A stretch of DNA of 64,000 bases from positions 505 to 64,504 of the forward strand of contig CAZNPG010000005.1 of the NCBI GenBank assembly GCA_964575305.1, read 5' to 3'. The translations under genes were made by a program, and so were the position numbers. How positions within the stretch are numbered: position 1 is the stretch's first letter; every line of letters begins with the position of its first letter. This DNA comes from an uncultured Gammaproteobacteria bacterium. Its GTDB lineage: Bacteria > Pseudomonadota > Gammaproteobacteria > Magnimaribacterales > TMED112. Positions 37,453 to 47,137 of this stretch are shown piece by piece. Under the pieces are notes generated by a model that saw only the letters and a list, made by a program, of their open reading frames with translations, searched no databases and had not been told where the DNA came from.

Positions 37453-38185
37453 TAAAGGTAAAGCAATTATTCTTGAATTCTTTAAATTTAAATCCCATGG
37501 CTGTGAATTTTTCAATACCCTGATTGGTTGAAATTTTATTTTTTATTAAATACTTAGCCATCTCTCCTCTTGCGCGTTTTGCTATAACACCCACAACTTT
37601 TTCTTTACCATTGTTTACAGTCAAAAATCTAAAGTTAATAATTTTTTCGGCATTTAAAAATTTACTAACAGAGCTGAAATATTCTTCTGAAGCAAGATTA
37701 AATAAATATGAGTTACCAAGTTCTTCTGAAAGTTCTTTTGCGATTTTATCTCCCCAGAATTCATATAAACTAGCTGAGCCATTGAAGTCGTGTCTTGTTC
37801 CCATCTCTAGCCTGTACGGGTTCATTTCATCTGAAGGTTTTAGCAAACCATATATCCCTGATAGTATTCTAAGATTGTCGTTCATATACTGAATTTGACT
37901 TTCACTTAAATCTTTTGCACCTAAGTGCTTAAAAACATCGCCTTCAAACTGAAAAATTGCTCTTTTTTCCTCAGTATTCCTTTTATTCCAATTTCTATAT
38001 CGAATAGCATTAAGTTCGGCTATATTTTCGCTTACTTTCATCATTGAGCTTAGTTCTTCAGTGCTTAATTTTGCCAACTCTCTTGCCAATAGGTCAGCTT
38101 CTTTTTTAAAAACTGGTACTGTTGCTTCTAATGAGCTATCACTAATATTGTTGGCTAATCTTTTTGCTGGTGAAATTACAATCAT
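37442..38185 (-). CDS. yaaA: Peroxide stress protein YaaA (DUF328/UPF0246)
   Basis: MIVISPAKRL at the N-terminus, plus IFQFEGDVFK, LRILSGIYGLLKP and KRARGEMA. Confidence 0.85.
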   Translation of the reverse strand: MIVISPAKRLANNISDSSLEATVPVFKKEADLLARELAKLSTEELSSMMKVSENIAELNAIRYRNWNKRNTEEKRAIFQFEGDVFKHLGAKDLSESQIQYMNDNLRILSGIYGLLKPSDEMNPYRLEMGTRHDFNGSASLYEFWGDKIAKELSEELGNSYLFNLASEEYFSSVSKFLNAEKIINFRFLTVNNGKEKVVGVIAKRARGEMAKYLIKNKISTNQGIEKFTAMGFKFKEFKNNCFTFISS

Positions 38186-39156
38186 ACTTTTATTCCTGCG
38201 TTGTTGAAGTCTAAAGCTCTTTCTGCTCGATAGCTTGATCTAGCCATAGGGCTAGAAATCACTTCAAGAAAACCATATTTTAGACCTACTTTTCTGTAAA
38301 GATCAAATTCTTCTGGCTTCACCCATCTATCAATAGGATGGTGGTTAAGTGTTGGTCTAAGGTATTGTCCCAATGTAACAATATCAACATTATGATCTCT
38401 CAGATCCTTAAACGTCTGGTAAATTTCTTCTTCTCTTTCGCCAAGACCAAGGATTATGCTCGATTTTGTAATCATGTCTGTGTTTATTTCTTTGGCCTTT
38501 TGCAGAACGTCTAAGGTTTTTTTATAGCCTGCTCTTGGGTCACGTATGGGGTGTGTAAGTCTTTCTACAGTCTCTATATTTTGTGCAAAAACTTTTATTG
38601 GTGAATTCACTACTGTTTCAATAGAGTCATATGATCCATTAAAATCAGATGTTAGTACCTCAACTTCTGTTTTGGGGCTTAGTTTTTTTATAGCATTTAC
38701 CGTATCTGCAAAGTGTTGAGCACCACCATCTGCTATGTCATCTCTATTAACGCATGTCAGGACAATGTATTTCAGATCCATGACAGCAATAGTTTCAGCA
38801 ATCTTGTTGGGTTCGTCCTTATCTAACCAACCTTTAGGATTGCCTGTGTTCACTGAACAAAATTGGCAAGCTCTTGTGCATGTATCGCCCATAAGCATAA
38901 AAGTGGCTGTACCTCTGGACCAGCATTCAGACAAATTTGGACACTTGGCTTCTTCACATACTGTGCTCAAGTTGAGATGCTTTACTTTATTCTTGATTAA
39001 AGTGTAGTTTTGATTGGCCTGATTAGCCGTCATTCTTATCCAACTTGGTTTTTTTTCTCTCTCAATACTTGAATAAGAATTACTCTTCATCCCATCTTTT
39101 ATTGATTTCACTCCAGCATGATTGGTGATTTTAACTGTTGGTATAAGGTCTCTCAT
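38182..39156 (-). CDS. lipA: Lipoyl synthase
   Basis: The auxiliary cluster CEEAKCPNLSECW and the radical-SAM cluster CTRACQFCSV. Confidence 0.97.
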   Translation of the reverse strand: MRDLIPTVKITNHAGVKSIKDGMKSNSYSSIEREKKPSWIRMTANQANQNYTLIKNKVKHLNLSTVCEEAKCPNLSECWSRGTATFMLMGDTCTRACQFCSVNTGNPKGWLDKDEPNKIAETIAVMDLKYIVLTCVNRDDIADGGAQHFADTVNAIKKLSPKTEVEVLTSDFNGSYDSIETVVNSPIKVFAQNIETVERLTHPIRDPRAGYKKTLDVLQKAKEINTDMITKSSIILGLGEREEEIYQTFKDLRDHNVDIVTLGQYLRPTLNHHPIDRWVKPEEFDLYRKVGLKYGFLEVISSPMARSSYRAERALDFNNAGIKV

Positions 39157-39752
39157 TTTGTCAGTATTTTTTTAAATTTAGCTAAGAGCATATCTTTAAA
39201 CTCTAGAATATTAATATCTATATAATCTTTTAGATTACAAGCCTCCACATCTAATCCGCAAGGTTTAATTGTATTAAATGTAAGTAAATCTGTATCAATG
39301 TTGACGCTTAACCCATGGTAGGAATAGTTTTTCTTTATCCTCATGCCAATTGAGGCAACTTTCTTTCCTTCTATAAAAATTCCTGGATCATTTTCTTGAA
39401 TATTGCTCTTTAGACCAAGACTTTCTATGACCTCTAGAGTGTTTTGCAGAATCTTGCTTGTAAGTTTAGTTGGCGGAAAGGGTAAGCTTTTCATATTCAA
39501 TATGAAATAAATAACCAATTGGCCTGGGCCGTGAAAGGTTGTTCTGCCACCTCTATCAGTTTTTAAGAAAGGTGGAGTTTTTGTCTTATCTTCTCTTATA
39601 TTTTTTTCGCTAATGCCAATAGTAAAAACAGGGTTATGTTCAAGAAGCCAAATTGAATGAAAGTTTGGTTTAGTGGCAATCAAGTTCAGCATTGCTTGGT
39701 AGGTTTCTTCAAAATTAACTAGCCCTAGTTCTTTTATTTCAAGTTTTGTCAT
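39153..39752 (-). CDS. lipB: Octanoyltransferase
   Basis: TDRGGRTTFHGPGQLV and the catalytic-Cys region IKPCGL. I chose the start at the Met (MTKLEIKEL) that abuts the uvrD stop. Confidence 0.9.
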   Translation of the reverse strand: MTKLEIKELGLVNFEETYQAMLNLIATKPNFHSIWLLEHNPVFTIGISEKNIREDKTKTPPFLKTDRGGRTTFHGPGQLVIYFILNMKSLPFPPTKLTSKILQNTLEVIESLGLKSNIQENDPGIFIEGKKVASIGMRIKKNYSYHGLSVNIDTDLLTFNTIKPCGLDVEACNLKDYIDINILEFKDMLLAKFKKILTK

Positions 39753-41920
39753 AGTTTTTCTAGGTTTGCGTACGCCATTACAAGCCATTTTGTGCCTGCT
39801 GAATCAAAATGAATTTGAACACGAGCAGAATCGCTTTGGCCTTCGATACTCAAAATTACTCCCTCCCCAAAACTTTTATGCATTACTCGGTCGCCTAGAC
39901 CATATTCACTGCCACCTTGGGTTAAATTCTCAGAGACAACCGAGCCATAATAAGAATTTTTATAGGTTTGTTTTGGTCTTACAAATTCAAGGCATTCTTG
40001 CGGGATTTCGTTGATAAATCTAGAAGGAGGGTTATATGAGTCTTGTCCATATAGTCTCCTAAATTCTGTATAAGTTAAAAATAGCTTATTTCGAGCTCTT
40101 GTTATCCCTACATAACAAAGACGCCTTTCCTCTTCTAGCTCATTAAGGTTTTCCATTGATCTTGAATGCGGAAATAATGATTCTTCCATACCCACCATAA
40201 ACACGTACTTATATTCCAAACCTTTGGCCGAATGCATTGTCATTAGTTGTACAGCATCATCCGTCTTAGAGGCCTGCGTTTCTCCCATATCAAGCGAGAC
40301 CGAGCTTAAAAAAGCTGCAATAAAAGAATCATAATCTGATAAATCTTCATGCTTGTTTATAAGTTCAAAAGATTTTAATGCTGAAATAAGCTCATTTATA
40401 TTTTCTATTCTAATTCTACCTTTCTCACCTTTTTCTTTCATATGATGTTCTATCAAACCACTCTCATTAATTACTTTTTCTACAAACTCATCTGAAGAAA
40501 ACTCATTTATAGTCTCAGCACAGTTTTCTATAAAATTTATAAACGACTGTAAGGAATTTGCTGCTTTGCCTTTGATGATCTGGTCTTTAATTAAACCTTT
40601 GCAAGAATTAAATAATGACAATTCATTTTCTAGCCCATAGGCCCTGATTGTTTCTAATGTTTTTTCTCCTATTCCTCTTGTTGGAGCACCAATAGACCTT
40701 TCAAATGCTGAATTATCGTTTCTGTTAACAATTAGTCGTAAATAGGAAAGAACATTTTTTATTTCTAGCCTTTCATAAAATCTTACGCCGCCATAAATGA
40801 CATATGGCAAGTTTTGTCTTAGTAAATATTCTTCAATTGTTCTAGATTGAGCATTTGAACGATAAAGAACTGCTATATCTTTATAGCAATCTCCTCCTGA
40901 GAATATTCTATGAACATTTTCTGCTATATAGTTTGCTTCTTCTTGCTCATTGTATGCCTCGTAGACTTCTATTGGATCGCCCTCATTGCCTTCGGTCCAC
41001 AATTTCTTTCCCAATCTATTTGAGTTTTTTCCTATCACAGCATTTGCTGCATTTAAAATCTTTTGAGTTGATCTATAGTTTTGCTCTAACCTAACAATCG
41101 AAGTTTCTTTTTCTTTTGAAAACTTATTTATATTTTCAATTTTTGCACCACGCCATCCATAAATCGACTGATCATCATCGCCAACTGCAGTCACTGTTGA
41201 TTCCTTACCCGTTAAGTTTTTGATCCACTTAAATTGAATTTCATTTGTATCTTGGAATTCGTCTATCAAAATATTTCTGAATTTATTTTGATAAAGTTTT
41301 TTTATTTCTTCATTATCTCTTACCAGCTCATAGGATCTTAAAATCAATTCTGCAAAATCTATTAGATTTTCTTTTTGCATATAACTTTCATAGTAAGTGT
41401 AAATTCTTTTAAGAGTTTCGAGATTAAAATCGCCCTTATCATCAACATCCTTCGGCCTTAATGCTTCATCTTTCCAGTTATTTATTTGCCATCTAACTTT
41501 TTCTGGTGGCCATTGGTCTTCATCAATATCTAAGTCTTTCAAATTTCTCTTAATTATTCGTAACTGATCATCGCTGTCTAAAATATTGAAGTCTTTTTCA
41601 AGACCAGCCTCTTTATAATGTCTGCGTAGTAAGCGGTTAGATATTGAATGAAAAGTACCACACCACATTTCTGGAATAGGTTGATCAAGAATACTTTCAA
41701 TTCTGCCGGTCATTTCATTCGCTGCTTTGTTGGTAAAAGTAACTGAAAGAATACTATGGGTGGAGTTTGAAAGTGCTTTTATGAGCCAGGCTATTCTATG
41801 AACAAGAACCTTTGTTTTACCAGAACCCGCTCCCGCTAAAACAAGAAGTTTTTTTGATTCTGATGTAACTGCTTCGCGTTGCGCATCATTTAGATCATCA
41901 AGGATATAAGATACATCCAT
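39749..41920 (-). CDS. uvrD: DNA helicase II (UvrD/SF1A)
   Basis: LNDAQREAV, Walker A AGAGSGKT, TFTNKAA, DEFQDTN, GDDDQSIYGWRGA, NYRS and the motif VI block YVGITRA; 723 aa. Confidence 0.9.
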   Translation of the reverse strand: MDVSYILDDLNDAQREAVTSESKKLLVLAGAGSGKTKVLVHRIAWLIKALSNSTHSILSVTFTNKAANEMTGRIESILDQPIPEMWCGTFHSISNRLLRRHYKEAGLEKDFNILDSDDQLRIIKRNLKDLDIDEDQWPPEKVRWQINNWKDEALRPKDVDDKGDFNLETLKRIYTYYESYMQKENLIDFAELILRSYELVRDNEEIKKLYQNKFRNILIDEFQDTNEIQFKWIKNLTGKESTVTAVGDDDQSIYGWRGAKIENINKFSKEKETSIVRLEQNYRSTQKILNAANAVIGKNSNRLGKKLWTEGNEGDPIEVYEAYNEQEEANYIAENVHRIFSGGDCYKDIAVLYRSNAQSRTIEEYLLRQNLPYVIYGGVRFYERLEIKNVLSYLRLIVNRNDNSAFERSIGAPTRGIGEKTLETIRAYGLENELSLFNSCKGLIKDQIIKGKAANSLQSFINFIENCAETINEFSSDEFVEKVINESGLIEHHMKEKGEKGRIRIENINELISALKSFELINKHEDLSDYDSFIAAFLSSVSLDMGETQASKTDDAVQLMTMHSAKGLEYKYVFMVGMEESLFPHSRSMENLNELEEERRLCYVGITRARNKLFLTYTEFRRLYGQDSYNPPSRFINEIPQECLEFVRPKQTYKNSYYGSVVSENLTQGGSEYGLGDRVMHKSFGEGVILSIEGQSDSARVQIHFDSAGTKWLVMAYANLEKL

Positions 41921-41923
41921 TTA

Positions 41924-42712
41924 TCAAACAAATTTGTTTTCTCTGAACCAAAGGTTGAACGCATATTTTTCGCCACCAGTGACAGGTCTTCCTGCGTGTA
42001 GCGATAATGGGTGTACTTTTGTAGTTCCAGGCAAGACATTTTTCCAAACAAGGATCGAGCCTTTTTTGGGTTTAATTGATATATTCAAATCTCTAAACTC
42101 AGTATCTCCACCTTCTTCAACATCATTCAAATATGCTATGGCCGTATAAATTCTTTGGCCACCTCTTTTTAGATGTTTTTTTCCTTCTTCAGTTGCATCA
42201 TTAAATGCATCATGGTGGTCGTTATATTGGGTACCGCCTGTGTAATAGACTATTTGAAAAGATTCAGCGTTTTTTAATGGAAATCCGATCAAGTCTGCAA
42301 TTCTCTGTCCAACTTCATTTGTTAGATTAGAGTGACTATGAGGCAACCAGCAATTACTTCCTGTTCTGTTTTCGTGATAGATACCATCTTTACCTCCAAT
42401 GGTTTTAGCTCTTTCAAGTTTAGTGTTTGAAGCTTCTACAAAATGATTGCATTCAGCTTCAGAAATAAAGTCTTCAATTACGTAGATTAAAGGGTCTTCG
42501 TTATAAATTATTTTATTGCCCTCTTTGCGCAAAGGTTGTTTAAATTCTTTTTTAATAGTTACTGGGGCTTGGGTCTGTGTTGGTTCAACATCAAACTGTT
42601 TATCAAGACCAGCATTAACACCAATAATGTATAGTGCGCGCATAGCTAGACCTAGAGCTAATAGACCTATTACTAAGGCAAAAATTGAGATTGTAAAAGC
42701 TGCTATTTCCAC
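41924..42712 (-). CDS. Membrane-anchored 2OG-Fe(II) oxygenase, prolyl 4-hydroxylase-like
   Basis: N-terminal TM helix and a P4Hc-like core with HHDAF (HxD), ..GGDTEF.., and HAGRPV..G.KY..NLWF. Confidence 0.7.
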   Translation of the reverse strand: MEIAAFTISIFALVIGLLALGLAMRALYIIGVNAGLDKQFDVEPTQTQAPVTIKKEFKQPLRKEGNKIIYNEDPLIYVIEDFISEAECNHFVEASNTKLERAKTIGGKDGIYHENRTGSNCWLPHSHSNLTNEVGQRIADLIGFPLKNAESFQIVYYTGGTQYNDHHDAFNDATEEGKKHLKRGGQRIYTAIAYLNDVEEGGDTEFRDLNISIKPKKGSILVWKNVLPGTTKVHPLSLHAGRPVTGGEKYAFNLWFRENKFV

Positions 42713-42744
42713 AAAATTATTATACTTGAAGGAAGAATCTTTTT

Positions 42745-43719
42745 TTAGTAATTATTGGATTTAGCACTAAATTCGCTTCTAGCTTGCTGAAATTCAGCTT
42801 TCATCTGATCAATCAGAGTTGATACTTTTGGGGAGTCCTTAATTGCATTGATTCCTTGTCCTGAACCATAAATATCTTTCCAGACCTTTGCTGATGCATT
42901 ACCGCCAGAATTAAAATTCATCTTAGTCTTGTCTGCTTCAGGCAAAGCTAGAGGATCCATGCCTGCTTTTTCTACTGATGGGCTTAAATAATTGCCATGA
43001 ACTCCACTAAAGTAATTTGTATAAACAATATCTTTAGCTGCTGATTCAACTAACATCTTTTTATAGCCATCGTCTGCTTCTGATTCTTCTGTGGCAATGA
43101 ATCGTGTTCCTATGTAAGCAAGATCTGCACCCATAGCGATAGCACTAGCTACAGAATGGCCATCAGAAATTGATCCTGAAAGTAAAATAGTTCCATCGTA
43201 CCATTCACGAGTTTCTCTAAGCAGGGCAAAAGGAGAAAGTGCACCGGCATGTCCTCCTGCTCCAGCACAAACAAGAATTAAACCATCCACTCCTTGTTCA
43301 ACCGCTTTTTGAGCGTGTCTTGTACTAATAACATCATGAAAAACTAAACCTCCGTATGAGTGTATTGCTTTGACTAGGTCTTCTGGGGGCCTTAGAGAAG
43401 TAATTATTATTGGTGCTTCATGCTTAACACAAGTTTCTACATCTTTAAAAAGCCTATCATTTGAAAGGTGGCATATCTGATTTACTGCAAATGGTGCTAC
43501 AGGTTTGTCAGGATTGTCTTCTTTAAATTGCCCTAATTCATCTTTGATTTCTTTTATCCAATCAGATAATAATTCTTGAGGTCTAGCATTTAGAGCAGGA
43601 AAAGATCCAACAACCCCAGCTTTGCATTGAGCAATTACCAACTGCGGTCTAGAAATAATGAATAGTGGTGCGCCAACCACTGGCACAGATAAATTGTTTT
43701 CTAAAATTTTAGGAAGCAT
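42745..43719 (-). CDS. Nitronate monooxygenase / FMN-dependent NMO-family oxidoreductase
   Basis: VVGAPLF.IS.P.LV.A.CKAGVVGSFP and LVCAGAGGHAG. I chose the start at the internal Met (MLPKIL) that abuts the upstream gene's stop. Confidence 0.85.
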   Translation of the reverse strand: MLPKILENNLSVPVVGAPLFIISRPQLVIAQCKAGVVGSFPALNARPQELLSDWIKEIKDELGQFKEDNPDKPVAPFAVNQICHLSNDRLFKDVETCVKHEAPIIITSLRPPEDLVKAIHSYGGLVFHDVISTRHAQKAVEQGVDGLILVCAGAGGHAGALSPFALLRETREWYDGTILLSGSISDGHSVASAIAMGADLAYIGTRFIATEESEADDGYKKMLVESAAKDIVYTNYFSGVHGNYLSPSVEKAGMDPLALPEADKTKMNFNSGGNASAKVWKDIYGSGQGINAIKDSPKVSTLIDQMKAEFQQARSEFSAKSNNY

Positions 43720-43721
43720 TT

Positions 43722-44420
43722 CTATTTCGAGTTTAAAAAATCTACCAGCCAACTTATTGACCGGTTGTGTGATAATGTATTACCTTTATATTCTTCTGGC
43801 AACCTTACAACAGAAACTCCTTCTATATTTTGAATTTGTGTATCTGTTTTTAAGTCCTTGAATGCACCATCAAGATGTTTCTGTGTCATCCACTGATATC
43901 CCTTTACGTTGATCCCAGTTTTAGTTGGAGCTACATAGCCACAAAAAGAATTTAGCCTTGGATCTCCTGAAATGCCGGAAGCAATGACATGCATATCTAT
44001 TTGTTTAGCAAAATCCTCTTGCATTAAGTTAGCCAGTATTATCCCACCGTAACTATGGCCCATGAGAGTGATCTTGTCATAATTCGATGTTTGTTGACTG
44101 ATAATATTAAGGAGGTCTTTAGTGGCTTTGTTAGGGCAGCCTGTTGTTTTCCAACGAAAAAAAGCAATCCTATTTTCTTCTTTGTTAAACTCAAGCAGCG
44201 GGTATACCCATTCAAATCCTTTGGTCTTCCAACCATGAACAGCAATCACTAACTCACTTTGTTCTGTGCTCTTCTCTTCCAAAAAATGAATGCCAGGCTT
44301 GAATTTTGTTAGTTTCTCTCCAGCAACAAAAGGACCATCTGATACATATATTTCCTTTAGCTTGCTCAAAGCATCTGCATTTAGGATGCCTACGCTTAAA
44401 AACAATAAAATTATCCTCAT
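43722..44420 (-). CDS. Secreted alpha/beta hydrolase (lipase/esterase-like)
   Basis: Signal peptide MRIILLFLSVGILNA, IAVHGW, and the nucleophile elbow MGHSYGG. Confidence 0.6.
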   Translation of the reverse strand: MRIILLFLSVGILNADALSKLKEIYVSDGPFVAGEKLTKFKPGIHFLEEKSTEQSELVIAVHGWKTKGFEWVYPLLEFNKEENRIAFFRWKTTGCPNKATKDLLNIISQQTSNYDKITLMGHSYGGIILANLMQEDFAKQIDMHVIASGISGDPRLNSFCGYVAPTKTGINVKGYQWMTQKHLDGAFKDLKTDTQIQNIEGVSVVRLPEEYKGNTLSHNRSISWLVDFLNSK

Positions 44421-44436
44421 TTATTTTTACACTTAT

Positions 44437-44730
44437 CTATTTACACTTATCTAATAACCAAAAGCCTAAATAATAATTAACTATTGTCTTAAGCGTGCTC
44501 ATAATGACAGCAGGAAATTGATAGAGAAAATCAAGAAGAGCGTTCCAAAACCAAGAATAAACCCAATCGTGCAAAAACTTTAGATTATCTACAAGAAATT
44601 CTTTAGTAGACATGCTCAAAAATGTGTAATCGCTTGTGAATATTATTATTAGCTGCCAAATGATGATGCCAATTTGAATTGGTGTTGTATATATACATAA
44701 ATAAGCAAAGCCTAGTCCTATTTGTCTCAT
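44437..44730 (-). CDS. Hypothetical small membrane protein
   Basis: 97 aa with two or three hydrophobic segments. Its start makes a 4-nt overlap with the upstream hydroxylase gene, which argues for real translation. Confidence 0.4.
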   Translation of the reverse strand: MRQIGLGFAYLCIYTTPIQIGIIIWQLIIIFTSDYTFLSMSTKEFLVDNLKFLHDWVYSWFWNALLDFLYQFPAVIMSTLKTIVNYYLGFWLLDKCK

Positions 44731-45575
44731 TGTAAGCCTCCTCTTTGTTTTGTATTTGGCGGTCCAAATAAATATTTCAGTGCTTGGGTTGTGCTGTCTG
44801 AATTTCGCATGTTCTTAATTATATCTTGCCATGCCATGAAAGTAATTTTTACTGGATTATAAGTATTTACATTGTTTACTAGCCCATATTTCACTTTTTC
44901 TTTTTCAGGCTCAAATGTTCCAAAAAATTTATCCCAGATGATTAATAAGTTTCCATAATTTTTATCAATATACTGACTATTAGCACCATGATGAACGCGA
45001 TGATGAGATGGTGTATTTAGTATTAGCTCAAGAGGCCCAAGAGATTTAATTATTTGAGTATGGCCAACGATACCCCACAATGTGCTCAAAGAGCCTGCTA
45101 CAGCAATAATTGTCGGATCAAGCCCCAAAAGTGGCAATACCATAAAGAAAGGCACTTTAGAAATTGGGCCAAACCAAGCCTGTCTAAAGGAAACTGCAAA
45201 ATTCATTTCTTGGCTTGAGTGATGACTCATATGTATAGCCCACAGAAAACTAATACGATGCGACATCCTGTGATAAAAATAAAAAACTAGGTCAATCAGA
45301 ATAAATGAGAGAAGCCACATGGACCAAATGGGAATATAAGCAGCCAAATCAAAAACCCTAAATTGATACAAAAAAATATGGAAAGCTAATGTAGCTCCTT
45401 TGGTTAAAAAAACTGCCGCCATATTTCCTGCCAAAAGGCCAACAGTGCATAAGGTGTCTTCTTTAGTGTATAAATTTTTCTTTTGCCAAGAGGAGATTCC
45501 TGCCTCAAGCAATATTATAAAAAAGGCTATAGGCAAACCTATAGATAATGTTTGTGTAACAGTTAATTCTGTCAT
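44727..45575 (-). CDS. Fatty acid hydroxylase / sterol desaturase family membrane di-iron enzyme
   Basis: Histidine boxes HRMSH, HMSHHS and HHRVHH in the usual order after four TM segments. Confidence 0.8.
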   Translation of the reverse strand: MTELTVTQTLSIGLPIAFFIILLEAGISSWQKKNLYTKEDTLCTVGLLAGNMAAVFLTKGATLAFHIFLYQFRVFDLAAYIPIWSMWLLSFILIDLVFYFYHRMSHRISFLWAIHMSHHSSQEMNFAVSFRQAWFGPISKVPFFMVLPLLGLDPTIIAVAGSLSTLWGIVGHTQIIKSLGPLELILNTPSHHRVHHGANSQYIDKNYGNLLIIWDKFFGTFEPEKEKVKYGLVNNVNTYNPVKITFMAWQDIIKNMRNSDSTTQALKYLFGPPNTKQRGGLQ

Positions 45576-45593
45576 CTATTTATTTTAATAGAA

Positions 45594-46535
45594 TTATTTA
45601 TTTGTAGCAGTTCTAAAGAAAAAGAAGAAAGACAAAGTGGCACAAGCACTTAACAGATGCCAAATGGCATGTGGTTGAAAAATAGAGTCTGGATTACATA
45701 ATGGTTGTTCTGGGTATCCTTGTAACCATATTGCAAATGCAGACATGTAGAACAATATCCCCAACCAGTACCAAGGGAAATATCTCTTATTTGTTTTGTG
45801 CTTTTTGTCTACAAATATAGCTGGGATCCAAAATAAAATTATCCACCAAAACTCATCTAAATTATTAATAATCTCATTTGGAAAAACACCAAAGACAGAC
45901 ATAACCAAGATGCCAACAAAGCCTGATAAGTATCTAACTATTGGGCTGTAAAATGCCTGCAAAACTTCAGTTATTGTCCATAAAGCAATTGAGAGAAACC
46001 AAAAGTTGAAATTTATACCAAGTCCTGTCCCAAGGAACCAACTTAATATCCCATAAATTCCAATAATCATTAAATAAGTCTTCAGAAAAAGCGATTCTTT
46101 CCAATCATTGATACTAAATACATTTACTAACCAAGGTATAGAAATCCACATTATCATGCTAAGCCAATCTGCCCATTGCCCCCAAGCCGTATGAGTGCCA
46201 TGCATAAGCATTGAGCCTGGACCTAAAAATACAGCAGCAGTCGCATAGGTAAGGGCAGTAATAGTTGGCCCGTGAAACCTGCTGCCTTCAACTTTCTTTT
46301 CATTTGCCAATATCCAAAACATGAATAAACCTGTAAGCATAAAACCTATGTTGCTTAAAGCATTGGCTGGCTCTCTAAAATGGCCGCCGCTAATCCTTTC
46401 ACACCATCTGGAAATTTCACCAATTGCATAGCCAGGCTCTACAGACAGAAAGTTTGTGGTCGAAGCTAACAAGAAATAAATAAAAAAGAATAGTCCAGAT
46501 ACGCTTAATGGAATATAAAAAACTTTTAGGTTCAT
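45594..46535 (-). CDS. Ceramidase-family (PF05875-like) integral membrane hydrolase
   Basis: REPANALSNIGFM, MHGTHTAWGQWADWLSM and a C-terminal PHAIWHLLSA match the spacing of alkaline-ceramidase His/Asp motifs. I chose the start at the Met (MNLKVF). Confidence 0.55.
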   Translation of the reverse strand: MNLKVFYIPLSVSGLFFFIYFLLASTTNFLSVEPGYAIGEISRWCERISGGHFREPANALSNIGFMLTGLFMFWILANEKKVEGSRFHGPTITALTYATAAVFLGPGSMLMHGTHTAWGQWADWLSMIMWISIPWLVNVFSINDWKESLFLKTYLMIIGIYGILSWFLGTGLGINFNFWFLSIALWTITEVLQAFYSPIVRYLSGFVGILVMSVFGVFPNEIINNLDEFWWIILFWIPAIFVDKKHKTNKRYFPWYWLGILFYMSAFAIWLQGYPEQPLCNPDSIFQPHAIWHLLSACATLSFFFFFRTATNK

Positions 46536-46536
46536 T

Positions 46537-47100
46537 TTAGGCTTCCCACTTAGTAACAAAATCGCTTGGCTCTAATTCAGGTATCTTTTTTTGTTTACCT
46601 TCTGGCGTTCCGATATAAAGATAGCCTAAAACTTGTTGTTCTGCGTTCAAATCTAAATATTTATTAACTTTTTTATTTAATGCAAAAGTGCCTGTTCGCC
46701 ATATCCCAGCATAACCTAAGGAGGTTAATGCTAATAAAATATTTTGGCCTGCTGTTGCAGTTGACATGATCTGTTCGACTTCAGGGACCTTTGGATGTTC
46801 TTTTGGAGTATTTATAAGAACAATTATCATCGGGGCTCTGTATGGAGCATTTGTATATATATCGAGCTTTTCAGGCTCTAAATCTTTGATGTGATCTGTA
46901 GCAAAATCTTTAAATGCCTTTGATAAGCGATCTAACCCTTCGCCTTGCACTTCGATGAAGCTAGAGGGTCTCAACCACGCATGGTCAGGAGCTCTTAGTG
47001 CAGCTTTAAAGACTAAATCCATTTCTACTTTTGATGGAGCTGGTGCAATAAGCTTACGATGAGAATTGCGCTCAATAATATTTTTTAAGGCATCATTCAT
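46537..47100 (-). CDS. NAD(P)H nitroreductase (YdjA-like)
   Basis: RNSHRKL and AALRAPDH, with a small 187-aa nitroreductase fold pattern ..QNILLALTSLGYAGIW. Confidence 0.8.
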   Translation of the reverse strand: MNDALKNIIERNSHRKLIAPAPSKVEMDLVFKAALRAPDHAWLRPSSFIEVQGEGLDRLSKAFKDFATDHIKDLEPEKLDIYTNAPYRAPMIIVLINTPKEHPKVPEVEQIMSTATAGQNILLALTSLGYAGIWRTGTFALNKKVNKYLDLNAEQQVLGYLYIGTPEGKQKKIPELEPSDFVTKWEA

Positions 47101-47137
47101 AAAATTTATTTAAGTGTCATCTTATAAAATGCAACTA

